A program made the translations under genes and the position numbers. Below, piece after piece: positions 19,256 to 28,429 of a stretch of DNA of 64,000 nucleotides. The notes under the pieces were generated by a model. It was not told the origin of the DNA. It worked only from the letters and a program-made list of their open reading frames with translations, and made no database searches. Each line of letters opens with the position of its first letter. Within the stretch, counting starts at the first letter, position 1. Origin of the DNA: Bacillota bacterium (GTDB taxonomy: Bacteria > Bacillota > Limnochordia > DTU080); NCBI GenBank assembly GCA_012840225.1, contig DULU01000066.1:45226-109225 (forward strand). The letters are read 5' to 3'.

Positions 19256-21592
19256 ATGTGGCAGTATGTTCCGGCTATTATTTTGATCACGGTATGCTTG
19301 GCTTTTACCCCCGCCCTGGCGACATATGCCGCCTATGATCCCCCCTGCCTCTGTTACTATCCTTCCTCAGCCCGCGCTGTCCAGGTCTCTTCGGCGAGCG
19401 AGCTGACCGCCGCCCTAGCGGAAGCTAAACCGGGCGACAACATTGTGATAGCCGGAGGCACCTATCCGGGGAATTTTCTTTTGGCGAACAGCGGCACGCC
19501 CGATGAGCCCATCGTGGTCCGCGCCGCCGAGGGTGAACAGGTAGTCTTCACCGGCCTCTTCACGTTAGCAGGTAAATATGGCGTGCTCGAAGGCTGTGAA
19601 TTCCACAACGGCCGGGTGGTGGTAAAAGGCGACTATAACCGGGTGACGCGCAACTACTTTCACGATTTCACCAGCACTGCCATTTACATCCAGGAAGGCG
19701 GCAGCTATAACCGCATCGATCACAACGAAATTGCCAACATGAATCACGATCCCGACGTTCTCTGTCAAGGTATCCGGGTGCGGGTGAATGAGCCGGCCGA
19801 TCTCCGGACCAAAGGCAACCGGATAGACCACAACTACCTCCACGATTTTCCCGACCGGGGCGGAAATGGTCATGAAGCCATCGCCGTGGCCAACAACACT
19901 CATTACTGGCCTGAGACGTATATCGAATATAATTTGATCGAGAATGCCTATGCCGACGGGGAGACGATATCCATCAAATCCTCCGGCAATTATCTGATCG
20001 GCAACACCTTTATCAGCAGCAACTATGTGCAAAACAGGCATGGGCGCAATACCCTGTGGAAAAATAACTGGTTTGAGAATGTCGACTTGCGCATTTACGG
20101 CGCCGGTCAACAGATCATCGGCAATAAGCTGGTGAACGGCCGAATCCTCCTGCAGGCCGGCACCACGACGCAGGATGATTTCGACGCCAGGTATATGGCG
20201 GGCGGCGGTGGCGGTCAACCTAACCAGCCGCGCACCGAGAATGCTTTGGTGGCCGGCAACGACGCCGGGAACGGCATCACGGTGGGGCATTATGAAAACC
20301 TACCTTACCCGGTGATCAATAACATCCTGGAGGGGAATTATCGAGGTTCTGTCGATCAGCCGGCCGCCGTTATGCTGGCCCGTCAGGAGAACACCACCAT
20401 CAGGCAGAGCACGGATGTGCCTTTCGGCACGGCCGTGAAGCTCACCAAGGACGAGGTAGGACGCTTTGCCAGGGATCCATATTGCAAAATTAGGGCCTAT
20501 GCCGAAGTGGTGATCGGCGGCAGCCGCTTTGCCATCTCCGAAAATCGGGGAGACATAACTCTCACGCTCCCCTTCGGCACAGTCCAAGCTCCCCTCATCG
20601 AAGTGGTGCCGCCGGAGAAAATGGAGTGGTCCGAGCCTTTGCGCCCGGACGTGGTGGTCGGTGTGGTGCCGGCGGCCGAGGTGCCGGATACGGCGGTGAT
20701 CGAGGTCAGAGACAGCAGCGGACAGCTCGTGCAGAGCACCAAAGTGAACTTTAGCATGGCTGCCCCGGTGGTGGAATTGCTGCTCGCCGGGCGGAAATCC
20801 GTATCTACCAGCAATGTGTTTCTGGGCGAGGTGCCCCTGGAGGTGGCGGTGGCTGGAGACAGTGCCGCGGCCGGTGCCTTAATCCGCAGCGTGGAGCTCG
20901 TTTTGAGACGCCTTGATATCGGGGTGGGGAAGGAGCCGCAGGATCAACTGCTTTACAGGGGAGAATCCTTGCCGCAGGATCTGGTGATCGACACATATAC
21001 GCTTGACGACGGCTTATACCGGTTGGTCGGCCGGGTGGAGTCGATACATGGATTGGCTGCTGAAGGGATGGCCTTATTCGCCATCGAGAATTGGCTGGAA
21101 TTGAACGACTACCTGGAACCACCTACGAGAGGTTGGTTCGGCATTTTCGACAATACCAAAACCATCGCCCGCTCCGCCGGGTGGACCTATGCCACGGATG
21201 ATCCCGAAGCCTTCTGCGGGGACGGGAATCGCCTGCAGCGCAGCGACGCAAAGGCGACAGCACCGGAGTACCTGATCTGGTCTGCGCCCCAATTGCACAG
21301 CTTCCAGGTGACCCTTTACGCCAGGGAGGTGGAGATCGAAAAGGTGATCGAGCTCGCCGCCTCCCAGGATCAAAGCCGCTGGGAGCCGCTTTCCTATGAA
21401 AAGGAGCTCGTGGCCACTTCCTCCGCCGGCTGGCATCAGCTGGTCCTGAAAGGCCAGGCCGGTGAGGTGTACGACTATTTCCGCCTCACCCTCCTTGGCG
21501 ATGAGGATGGCGATGGGAGCGAAAGTGCTGCTCCTGTCCTGCTGCAACTCGGGCAGGTTGATCTCAAGTGGCGCAATAAAGCCGGCAAATAA
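19256..21592 (+). CDS. Secreted right-handed beta-helix polysaccharide lyase, PL6-like (alginate lyase / chondroitinase-B type)
   Basis: Signal peptide, then VQVSSASELTAALAEAKPGDNIVIAGGTYPGNF, which matches the PL6 N-terminal signature. Repeated NxxxN and HN beta-helix rungs follow (NRIDHN, NYLHDF, IGNTFISSN). Two-domain length of 778 aa. Confidence 0.65.
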   Translation: MWQYVPAIILITVCLAFTPALATYAAYDPPCLCYYPSSARAVQVSSASELTAALAEAKPGDNIVIAGGTYPGNFLLANSGTPDEPIVVRAAEGEQVVFTGLFTLAGKYGVLEGCEFHNGRVVVKGDYNRVTRNYFHDFTSTAIYIQEGGSYNRIDHNEIANMNHDPDVLCQGIRVRVNEPADLRTKGNRIDHNYLHDFPDRGGNGHEAIAVANNTHYWPETYIEYNLIENAYADGETISIKSSGNYLIGNTFISSNYVQNRHGRNTLWKNNWFENVDLRIYGAGQQIIGNKLVNGRILLQAGTTTQDDFDARYMAGGGGGQPNQPRTENALVAGNDAGNGITVGHYENLPYPVINNILEGNYRGSVDQPAAVMLARQENTTIRQSTDVPFGTAVKLTKDEVGRFARDPYCKIRAYAEVVIGGSRFAISENRGDITLTLPFGTVQAPLIEVVPPEKMEWSEPLRPDVVVGVVPAAEVPDTAVIEVRDSSGQLVQSTKVNFSMAAPVVELLLAGRKSVSTSNVFLGEVPLEVAVAGDSAAAGALIRSVELVLRRLDIGVGKEPQDQLLYRGESLPQDLVIDTYTLDDGLYRLVGRVESIHGLAAEGMALFAIENWLELNDYLEPPTRGWFGIFDNTKTIARSAGWTYATDDPEAFCGDGNRLQRSDAKATAPEYLIWSAPQLHSFQVTLYAREVEIEKVIELAASQDQSRWEPLSYEKELVATSSAGWHQLVLKGQAGEVYDYFRLTLLGDEDGDGSESAAPVLLQLGQVDLKWRNKAGK

Positions 21593-21594
21593 AC

Positions 21595-21879
21595 TTATGG
21601 CCAATAAATAAGCTTTTCTGGCGGTGTAGGAGTGGGAGAGGGAGAGATGTCGGTCACGTCGGGCGCTACACCACCGGCAATCCTGGTCAGCAACTGATCC
21701 GCATATACGGAACCGCCGCCGGAGATCTCAAATTCAATAGTGACACCATATAAAGCTTTGAACTTCTCCGCCATTTGGGTGAGATAATCCCTCCAAGCAG
21801 TGCCGTGGCCGCCGCAGACAAAGTGTTTAAGCTTAATCTCTTCGGCTGAGGCAGGTACCAGCGACAACGTCACTAACAA
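21595..21879 (-). pseudogene. Remnant, N-terminal fragment of a family-1 ABC substrate-binding protein gene
   Basis: The 94-aa ORF …KHFVCGGHGTAWRDYLTQMAEKFKALYGVTIEFEISGGGSVYADQLLTRIAGGVAPDVTDI aligns with the N-terminus of the neighbouring SBP (IHYVYSGHGAAWVTYLETMAQKFKEQSGITVEFVV…GGVPPDVTDI). It then diverges and stops. There is no ATG or RBS, an in-frame stop lies 12 codons upstream, and the fragment sits downstream of a terminator. Confidence 0.55.
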
Positions 21880-21963
21880 CGTGTTTTGATATAAGCGATG
21901 TATATTTGTTTGCTATTGCCTGCTGACTTTATAAATACTGCGAATATGGAGGGCGCGCTAAAG

Positions 21964-22015
21964 AAAACCCCGCCCCCAGTGCTGGAGTGACAGCATTGGA
22001 GGCGGGGTTCTTTCG
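21964..22015 (-). terminator. Rho-independent terminator after the SBP gene (hairpin symmetrical, possibly bidirectional)
   Basis: AACCCCGCCCCCA…(18-nt loop)…TGGAGGCGGGGTT forms a 13-bp GC-rich stem. On the minus strand it is followed by TTTCTTT. It lies about 60 nt after the stop at 22073. Confidence 0.55.
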
Positions 22016-22072
22016 GCTACCGGCCGGTACAGCAGTTGCCGGTCGCCGGCAGAAGTCGCTGGTCGCTGGTCG

Positions 22073-23371
22073 CTACCTTAGCTTCTCAGCCAATATGGCG
22101 GAGACCTGCTCGTGTATCTGCTCCAGAGCCATCTGCGGGGATATCTGCAGCCGCCAGATGCTGGCAATGATGGGATTGACAACGGGATCGATTTCGTTGG
22201 CATAGGGTACCACATAGGCCGGATAGCTGTCCGGATCGAAGGATACCTCGATGATGACTCGCCAGTTGGGAGCGAGTTTGGTGGGGCCCAGGCGCGGGTA
22301 GGAGCTCATAGCCCGGCGCAAAGAGGGGAACCTACCGGTGATGGAGATCAGCGCCTCCTGGTTTTCCACGCTGCCGGTCAGGAACATGAGCCACTTCCAG
22401 GCCAACTCTTTGTTCTTGCTTTCTCTGATCATCTGCAGTCCGTCCGGATTGACTCTGGGAGCTCTGTTGACCGGACCTTTGGGCTGCAGCGCCACATCAT
22501 AGTTGAAAGAGACGTTCTGCAGGTAGGAGCCGATGATGCCGGGTCCGTAGATGAAAGAGAAGCCGGCGCCGGGGTTGCCCCACCAGTAACCGCTCGGTAC
22601 CACCGTTTTGTCGATATAGAAGCCTTGCAGGTGTTCCAGGGCTATGCGGACTTCAGGGGTGTTGAACCGGCTCTCTGTGGGATAGATTATACGGTCATAA
22701 AGCTTGCCGCCGGCTTGGTGCACCTGCATCTCCCACCGGGCTACCGGGTTTTCCAGGCCGTATTTTTCCGGGGTGCCGTCATTGTTGGCATCAACGGTCA
22801 GCCGGCGGGCGGCTTGCCGGGCGGCTTCCCAGGTCCAGCCTTCGCCCAGCTCCACCGGGTTGGCGATACCGGCGTCGGCAAAGGCATCGGCATTGAAGAA
22901 GGTGATCACGGGGTATATATCCCAGAGCACTCCCCAGAGCATACCGTCAGGGGTGCGGAAGCCGTCCACGGCATTCGGCGGCATTTCCGACAAGGGGAAG
23001 TTGCTGGCGGCGACATACGGATTCAGATCCTCGAAGATGCCCATATAGACCAGTGGTGCCCCCATCATGGGATGAATGTCGGTCACATCGGGAGGCACGC
23101 CGCCGGCGATCATGGTCAGGAGTTGACTTGTGTAGGTAGAGCTGTGCGTGGAAACCACGAATTCGACGGTGATACCGCTTTGCTCCTTGAATTTTTGCGC
23201 CATGGTCTCCAGATAGGTCACCCAGGCAGCGCCGTGACCGGAGTAGACATAATGGATGATCTTGTTCTCAGCTGCAGATCCGGTCATCGGCGCCAGCGTC
23301 CACAACATCAACAACACCAACATCACCAACATTCCGATCGACAGGGAAAAACGCCTTCTTTTTTCCAACAC
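22073..23371 (-). CDS. ABC transporter substrate-binding protein, family 1 (carbohydrate type)
   Basis: Signal peptide MLVMLVLLMLWTLAPMTGSAA, then …GGVPPDVTD… and the C-terminal SKNKELAWKWLMFLT SBP motif. GTG start with a GAGGAGGGG RBS 6 nt upstream. Confidence 0.85.
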   Translation of the reverse strand: MLEKRRRFSLSIGMLVMLVLLMLWTLAPMTGSAAENKIIHYVYSGHGAAWVTYLETMAQKFKEQSGITVEFVVSTHSSTYTSQLLTMIAGGVPPDVTDIHPMMGAPLVYMGIFEDLNPYVAASNFPLSEMPPNAVDGFRTPDGMLWGVLWDIYPVITFFNADAFADAGIANPVELGEGWTWEAARQAARRLTVDANNDGTPEKYGLENPVARWEMQVHQAGGKLYDRIIYPTESRFNTPEVRIALEHLQGFYIDKTVVPSGYWWGNPGAGFSFIYGPGIIGSYLQNVSFNYDVALQPKGPVNRAPRVNPDGLQMIRESKNKELAWKWLMFLTGSVENQEALISITGRFPSLRRAMSSYPRLGPTKLAPNWRVIIEVSFDPDSYPAYVVPYANEIDPVVNPIIASIWRLQISPQMALEQIHEQVSAILAEKLR

Positions 23372-23387
23372 TTGTAACCCCTCCTCT

Positions 23388-23864
23388 TCAATTGGCAGTT
23401 GTCGCTGCCATCATAACATTACGGTAAAGTAAGATACAATATATGTGTCGGAAATCCATGCGACCGGAACGATTGCCTTTGTCAGTGATGATGTGCGTGG
23501 TCTGCACATAATTCGTACGGATGGCCGATTTCCGGGCGGGGATGCTGAAATTGATCTCCGCATATGCGACATTGTTTTCCACTTTGGAGTACCATTTCAG
23601 GAACTCAAAGGCAGCCTCCGCATTCTTTGATTGGCCATGAATAGCCAGTCCTTCGGTATATAGCACGCCGACCGATTTAACACCCTTGAGGGGCGGCGCA
23701 GCGTGAATCAGGGGCACCAGTTCGGGATATGATGTTTTGGCCGTTGGCAAGCGCCAGTGCTGGCCGCCGCATTCCATCACATAATTTTCACGCGTCTTTG
23801 GGGGTGATATAAGAAAAATATCGGTGTGAAAAAAGTCACTATCGCGGCCGTGATGAAGGACCAA
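23388..23864 (-). pseudogene. Remnant, C-terminal fragment of a family-1 ABC substrate-binding protein gene
   Basis: …LPTAKTSYPELV…GLAIHGQSKNAEAAFEFLKWYSKVENNVAYAEINFSIPARKSAI aligns with the C-terminal region of family-1 SBPs, including the neighbouring one. The N-terminal ~250 aa and signal peptide are missing. GC content is reduced. The stop lies inside the RBS of the intact SBP gene. Confidence 0.5.
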
Positions 23865-23913
23865 GCGATGGAGTGGGGGAAAAAATCTTCATAAAGGAGT
23901 GAATGAACCAACA

Positions 23914-25542
23914 ATGCCATCAAGAGCTAAAACAGAACTTTTAAATGCCTTCGGCGAGCCGTTTTATGTGGAAGAGCGGGAGGATATCGGCGAGTGCCTG
24001 CCGCCCGAGGATTTTTGGAGCCGGGTGGAAAGACATCTGCCGGCAGGAGCGGCTGACCGCTCATCCAGCCGCCTGGTTTGGGATCAGGATTTCCTGCGCC
24101 GCGCTTTTTTCGGCATCGATCCGGCACTGCCCAGGCAGGTGCGGCATCTGCATGACAACCTTCCGGTTTTGTCCGGCTTGCTGGGCGTCACCTGCCGGGA
24201 AGATGATCCGAAGCTGGTCGTGGCGGCAGACTTGCCTTACCACCCCATTATGACCATGCATCCCGCCTCCACCGGGAGCTACAGCCGCAAATATTACCCC
24301 AGGCGCCAGCAGGATTGGATTATCAAGCACTTCCACCCGGCTTACATATTGACGGGTGACCATCATTTCCTCTCCCGCCTGGAGGAGCTATGCGAGTTTC
24401 TTCTTTATTCGCAATATGATCATGAGGGCCGCAACCAATTTACCGAGACATTTTATCCCGACGAGTATGCCGCCCTGAAGGCGCAAGGTCTGCCTCAACA
24501 GTGGTATGGTGGCTGGGATTACCTTTTCGACTGGGAATGGCTTGATGCCTATGGCTACACCTGGCACCTGCACGAGCCCGATCATCATGTCAACAGTCAT
24601 ATTGCCGTAGCTATGATCAGAGCTTACGAGGTCACCGGCAAAGAACGCTACCTGCAGGCGGCGGCAGCTTTCGTGTATAATCAGGTGCCCAGGTACGGGT
24701 GGCACACCGGCATATGGAACGGGCGACGCTATTACTGGACCGAGTATAATCCCAGCGGGGCCGGGCACCCGACACTGGATGCCACGGATAATATCCAGGC
24801 ACTGGTGGCTCACGCCGCCGCCATGTTGGGTTATCACCTGAATGACGCTCGTTTGCTGGAGTATGCCCGCGGCCTGATTTGGTACCTGGTGCGTGAATTT
24901 ACCGTCGACGGCCGCTGGTACTATGATGGAGCGGAAAATCCGCGCAACCGGCGTAGAGCCGTCTCCCATGACATGTCTTGCCTTTACCCGGCGCTTGGGG
25001 CTTTGCCGTATCTTTATAAGGCCGGCCTGGAGCTGGATCCGGAGCTCGAGGGCATCGAGACGGCCTGGGACTGGTATAAGCAGGATGAACCGGAAAAGGT
25101 TTATCAGGTGGTCGGCCGGATCCCCGGGAATGATGAGGCCGTCCAGGTGGCCATATACCTGCAAAGCCAAGGTTCCGGTGCGGATGTCTTCAAGGTGCCC
25201 GCTCTGGCCGGGATTCCGGACGGAGAGGGCTACGGCATTTCCGTGCGTTTAACAAAATTGGTCCCGCCGACTGCCGCCCATCCGCATTGGCAAGCCGCCT
25301 CCGGTGACGACCTTACGCCGGTGATGACGCCGCAGCAACTCTCTCAAGGCATTAAGCTGCCGTTTGCGTTGCAAAAGGGTGAGGTGGCCCGCCTGGCTTA
25401 CACCGTCCCTCTCGCCGGAGCACAGCCGCCGGCGGACTTATTGCTGACCGTGCCGGAAACGAGCTATCTTTCCCTTCCGGCGCGAATCTATTTCCCCTTC
25501 CCAGCTGAGGTGGAGGCCACATTGCGCTTACCTGATCATTAG
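23914..25542 (+). CDS. Hypothetical protein, possibly an (alpha/alpha)-toroid carbohydrate-active enzyme
   Basis: The 540-aa ORF is rich in aromatic residues and His/Asp motifs (WHLHEPDHHVNSHIAVAMIRAYEVTGKERYLQAA; DYLFDWEW). It sits in a lyase/SBP locus. The family assignment is not secure. Start ATG 23914 is preferred over GTG 23899, which overlaps the AAAGGAG RBS. Confidence 0.4.
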   Translation: MPSRAKTELLNAFGEPFYVEEREDIGECLPPEDFWSRVERHLPAGAADRSSSRLVWDQDFLRRAFFGIDPALPRQVRHLHDNLPVLSGLLGVTCREDDPKLVVAADLPYHPIMTMHPASTGSYSRKYYPRRQQDWIIKHFHPAYILTGDHHFLSRLEELCEFLLYSQYDHEGRNQFTETFYPDEYAALKAQGLPQQWYGGWDYLFDWEWLDAYGYTWHLHEPDHHVNSHIAVAMIRAYEVTGKERYLQAAAAFVYNQVPRYGWHTGIWNGRRYYWTEYNPSGAGHPTLDATDNIQALVAHAAAMLGYHLNDARLLEYARGLIWYLVREFTVDGRWYYDGAENPRNRRRAVSHDMSCLYPALGALPYLYKAGLELDPELEGIETAWDWYKQDEPEKVYQVVGRIPGNDEAVQVAIYLQSQGSGADVFKVPALAGIPDGEGYGISVRLTKLVPPTAAHPHWQAASGDDLTPVMTPQQLSQGIKLPFALQKGEVARLAYTVPLAGAQPPADLLLTVPETSYLSLPARIYFPFPAEVEATLRLPDH

Positions 25543-25693
25543 TTGATTGTCCGCGGCGGTGACACAAGGCGCAATATCGGTGCAGGGAATGCAGGTTGTC
25601 CACCGAAACATATTGCCGGGACGGTGCGGCGCAAAGATACCGGCGAGGCGAGGAGCGCTGCATCTGAAATATTTGGAAAAAGAAGGTAAGGGC

Positions 25694-26902
25694 ATGGATA
25701 ATAAATTTTTCTCGGTCGGCACCGGCAGAGCCGTCATCACTCCCCCGCTCGGCATCGATCTGGCAGGTTTTGCCGATAGAGACCATGGTGCTGAAAGCGT
25801 GCTGGACGAGCTCGAACTGCGGGTGTTCTGGATAGAAGCCGAAGGGGAACGGGGCGGGCCGGCCTGCATCATCTGCTTCGACCTCATCGGCATCGACGCA
25901 GCGCTGGGGAAACAGATGCGGGACGATCTGGCCGCCGCTTTCGGTATTCAGCCGGCCGCCGTGCTCCTCGCTGCCAGCCACACGCACTGTGGGCCGCAAA
26001 CCCTGGAAAACCTTATCGGCACGGGCCGGTCCAGCCCGGCATATATCGCCGATCTGCGGCAGTGGTGCCTGAACGCTGTGGCCGCCGCCCGGGAGAACAG
26101 GCGCCCGGCCGTGATGAAAGTAGGACAAGGTGTGCTGGAAGGCGGCTATGCCATCAACCGCCGCCTCTTGGTAAATGGGCAAATCACCATGGCGCCTAAT
26201 CCGGCGGGGATCCGGGACGACCAGGTCACCACCATCTCCTTCCACGATCCACAGTCCGATCAGGCACTGGCGGTGCTTTTCAATTTCGCCTGCCATGCCT
26301 CGACCATGAGCGGTTACGCCATATCAGGCGATTACCCGGCGGCGGCCAGGCGCCATATAGAGAAGGTGCTGCCCGGCGTGACGGCCGGCTTTCTCCAGGG
26401 CTGCTGCGGCGATATCCGCGCCAACTGCACATATATCGGCAACAAACGCTTCCGCAAGGGCCAGGTGGAGGATATTCGCATTTTCGGCGCGGCACTGGGA
26501 GAGAAAGTGGCGGGCCTGGTGCGCAGCGCGTCCGCCTCGTTTCCACCGGCGATCGGCGGCTGGACTAAGGAGGTGCGCCTGCCGCTGGAGAAGGAGGGCG
26601 AGCACGCTCTGCTGCTGCTGCAGCGGCTGGATCTCTCTGAGAAAGTGACCTTGATAGCGCTGGGTGGGGAGCCGGTGGCCGATTACGGTTACTTTATCAA
26701 ATGGCTCAGGCCGGGCACCTATGCTGTGCCTGTCGGGTACGCCAACGGTGTGGTGGCTTATCTGCCCACGGCGCGCCTTCTCGTCGAAGGTGGTTACGAA
26801 ACGCATACCTCGGTGCGTTTCTTCGGCCTGCCTTCGCCGTTCCATCCGTCCCTCGAGACAGCCATTCAGCAGAGCATACGCGCTATTATGCAGGAATCAT
26901 AA
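25694..26902 (+). CDS. Neutral/alkaline ceramidase N-terminal-domain-like protein (bacterial homolog, function unknown)
   Basis: …AVITPPLGIDLAGF… and LLAASHTHCGPQT resemble the ceramidase-N-domain His cluster. ATG 25694 is preceded by AAGGTAAGGG. The track ORF extends upstream to 25547 without an RBS. Confidence 0.5.
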   Translation: MDNKFFSVGTGRAVITPPLGIDLAGFADRDHGAESVLDELELRVFWIEAEGERGGPACIICFDLIGIDAALGKQMRDDLAAAFGIQPAAVLLAASHTHCGPQTLENLIGTGRSSPAYIADLRQWCLNAVAAARENRRPAVMKVGQGVLEGGYAINRRLLVNGQITMAPNPAGIRDDQVTTISFHDPQSDQALAVLFNFACHASTMSGYAISGDYPAAARRHIEKVLPGVTAGFLQGCCGDIRANCTYIGNKRFRKGQVEDIRIFGAALGEKVAGLVRSASASFPPAIGGWTKEVRLPLEKEGEHALLLLQRLDLSEKVTLIALGGEPVADYGYFIKWLRPGTYAVPVGYANGVVAYLPTARLLVEGGYETHTSVRFFGLPSPFHPSLETAIQQSIRAIMQES

Positions 26903-26948
26903 TGGAGAAAAGGCCGGCGGCAAATAAGGCAGGGGGATATATTTATAG

Positions 26949-28118
26949 ATGAAATACAAGTTTATACCCAAGACGAAATGGCATCTTTCCGCGCTGGCTT
27001 TCGGCTGCATGCGCTTCAAAAACGAAGAGACGGCCATCGCCGCGGTGCGGAAAGCTATTGAGCTGGGAGTGAATTATTTCGACGTCGCTCCGGCATATGG
27101 GCGCGGCACAGCCGAAGCCTATCTGGGTAAAGGGATTGCCGGCCTGCGGGACAAGGTCATCGTTACCGCAAAGTCCAGCCCGGGCAACGGCGGCACGGAG
27201 TTGGGGGAGTACCAGCCGGAAAGGGGTTTCGGCATCCGCACCGCCGACCAGGTACGGTGGCAGATCGAGCGGTCCATGCGGATTCTGGGTGTCGATCATC
27301 TGGATTTATACCAGTTGTGGTCGTGCCATAGCCCCACGGTGTTTCAGGGTGCCATCATGCCCGGTGGATTTCTGGACGGGGTGCTCAAAGCCAAGGAGGA
27401 AGGGCTGGTGGATTACATTGGCTTGACCACCCACAGCCCTGCTGCCGATATCATCAGATATTTAAAGGAATCTCCTTATGAGTTCGACATGTTGACGATT
27501 CAGTTCAACCCGCTCAACACCGCTCAGCGGCCGGTCCTGGAGTACTGCGCGGAGCGGGGTATAGGCGTGCTGGCCATGAATCCGCTGGCTGGCGGCAGAC
27601 TGGCCAGGCCGGCGCCTATTCTCCGGCGCATAGCGGCAGAAGCCGGGTGTGCTTCCATGGTGGAAGCAGCTCTGCGCTTTATCATAGGGCAATCGGATCT
27701 CCTGGCGGCTCTCAACGGCATCACCTACGCCGAGCACGCGGTGCAGGGGGCGGCAGTAGTGGAAAAGGGTCCGCTGCCGCCGGAGAGCGAGGAAAAACTG
27801 GTGGCCGGCCTGAACGAGCTTTATCGGAGCATCGACTTACAACAATTGTGCACCGGCTGCCGGTATTGTGGAGAATGCCCACAAGGGATCCTCATTCCGG
27901 AGGTGCTGGAACTGTTTACCAATCTGCGCATTCCCAGCCTGGCTGAGGAAGCGCGCCAAGGGTTGGCGGAGAAAAGAGCAGCCGGACTCTCCGGTTACGA
28001 TCCTGCAGCTTGTGTGGCGTGCGGTCAGTGCGAGCAGAAGTGCCCCAACAAGCTGCCGGTATCGCAGTTGATGGCGGCCGCAGCAGGGTTGGCTCCCTTT
28101 GCCGGCGCCACTTCGTAA
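26949..28118 (+). CDS. Aldo/keto reductase fused to a C-terminal 4Fe-4S ferredoxin-like domain
   Basis: AKR motifs (ALAFGCMRF, NYFDVAPAYG, DLYQLW). The C-terminus carries two Cys clusters, CTGCRYCGEC…CP and CVACGQCEQKCP. Confidence 0.8.
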   Translation: MKYKFIPKTKWHLSALAFGCMRFKNEETAIAAVRKAIELGVNYFDVAPAYGRGTAEAYLGKGIAGLRDKVIVTAKSSPGNGGTELGEYQPERGFGIRTADQVRWQIERSMRILGVDHLDLYQLWSCHSPTVFQGAIMPGGFLDGVLKAKEEGLVDYIGLTTHSPAADIIRYLKESPYEFDMLTIQFNPLNTAQRPVLEYCAERGIGVLAMNPLAGGRLARPAPILRRIAAEAGCASMVEAALRFIIGQSDLLAALNGITYAEHAVQGAAVVEKGPLPPESEEKLVAGLNELYRSIDLQQLCTGCRYCGECPQGILIPEVLELFTNLRIPSLAEEARQGLAEKRAAGLSGYDPAACVACGQCEQKCPNKLPVSQLMAAAAGLAPFAGATS

Positions 28119-28155
28119 AACGGTACGGGATTAGTCCTGTTTGATGTAGGATATT

Positions 28156-28208
28156 GGCCCACTTTTTGCTGCCGCAGGCTGGTGGTAGTAAAAAGTGGGC
28201 TCTTTTTT
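28156..28208 (+). terminator. Rho-independent terminator after the AKR gene
   Basis: GGCCCACTTTTT…(22-nt loop)…AAAAAGTGGGC followed by TCTTTTTT, about 40 nt after the stop at 28118. Confidence 0.6.
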
Positions 28209-28429
28209 AAAGGCCTTGCAAACTCCTGCAAATTTGCTCGCAATATAATTGCAAAAATAGGTTTGCGGTTGATAAATGGCTGAAAGAGGTCCTGCGCCAA
28301 AATGCAATAACCCCGAAAATATTTTAACTGTTTGCGGAGGATTTTGCCGACTCGGCGGGAATTGTAAATATGAGCCGGACAATCTGCCGTCGGCGGACAT
28401 CGGTGTCACCCCATTTGAGGAGGCTTCTG

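Noticed and set aside
22112-23377. 421-aa ORF antisense to the SBP gene
   Set aside because: It overlaps the whole SBP gene on the opposite strand. Its translation is low-complexity (G/A/R/H-rich) and has no recognisable domain.
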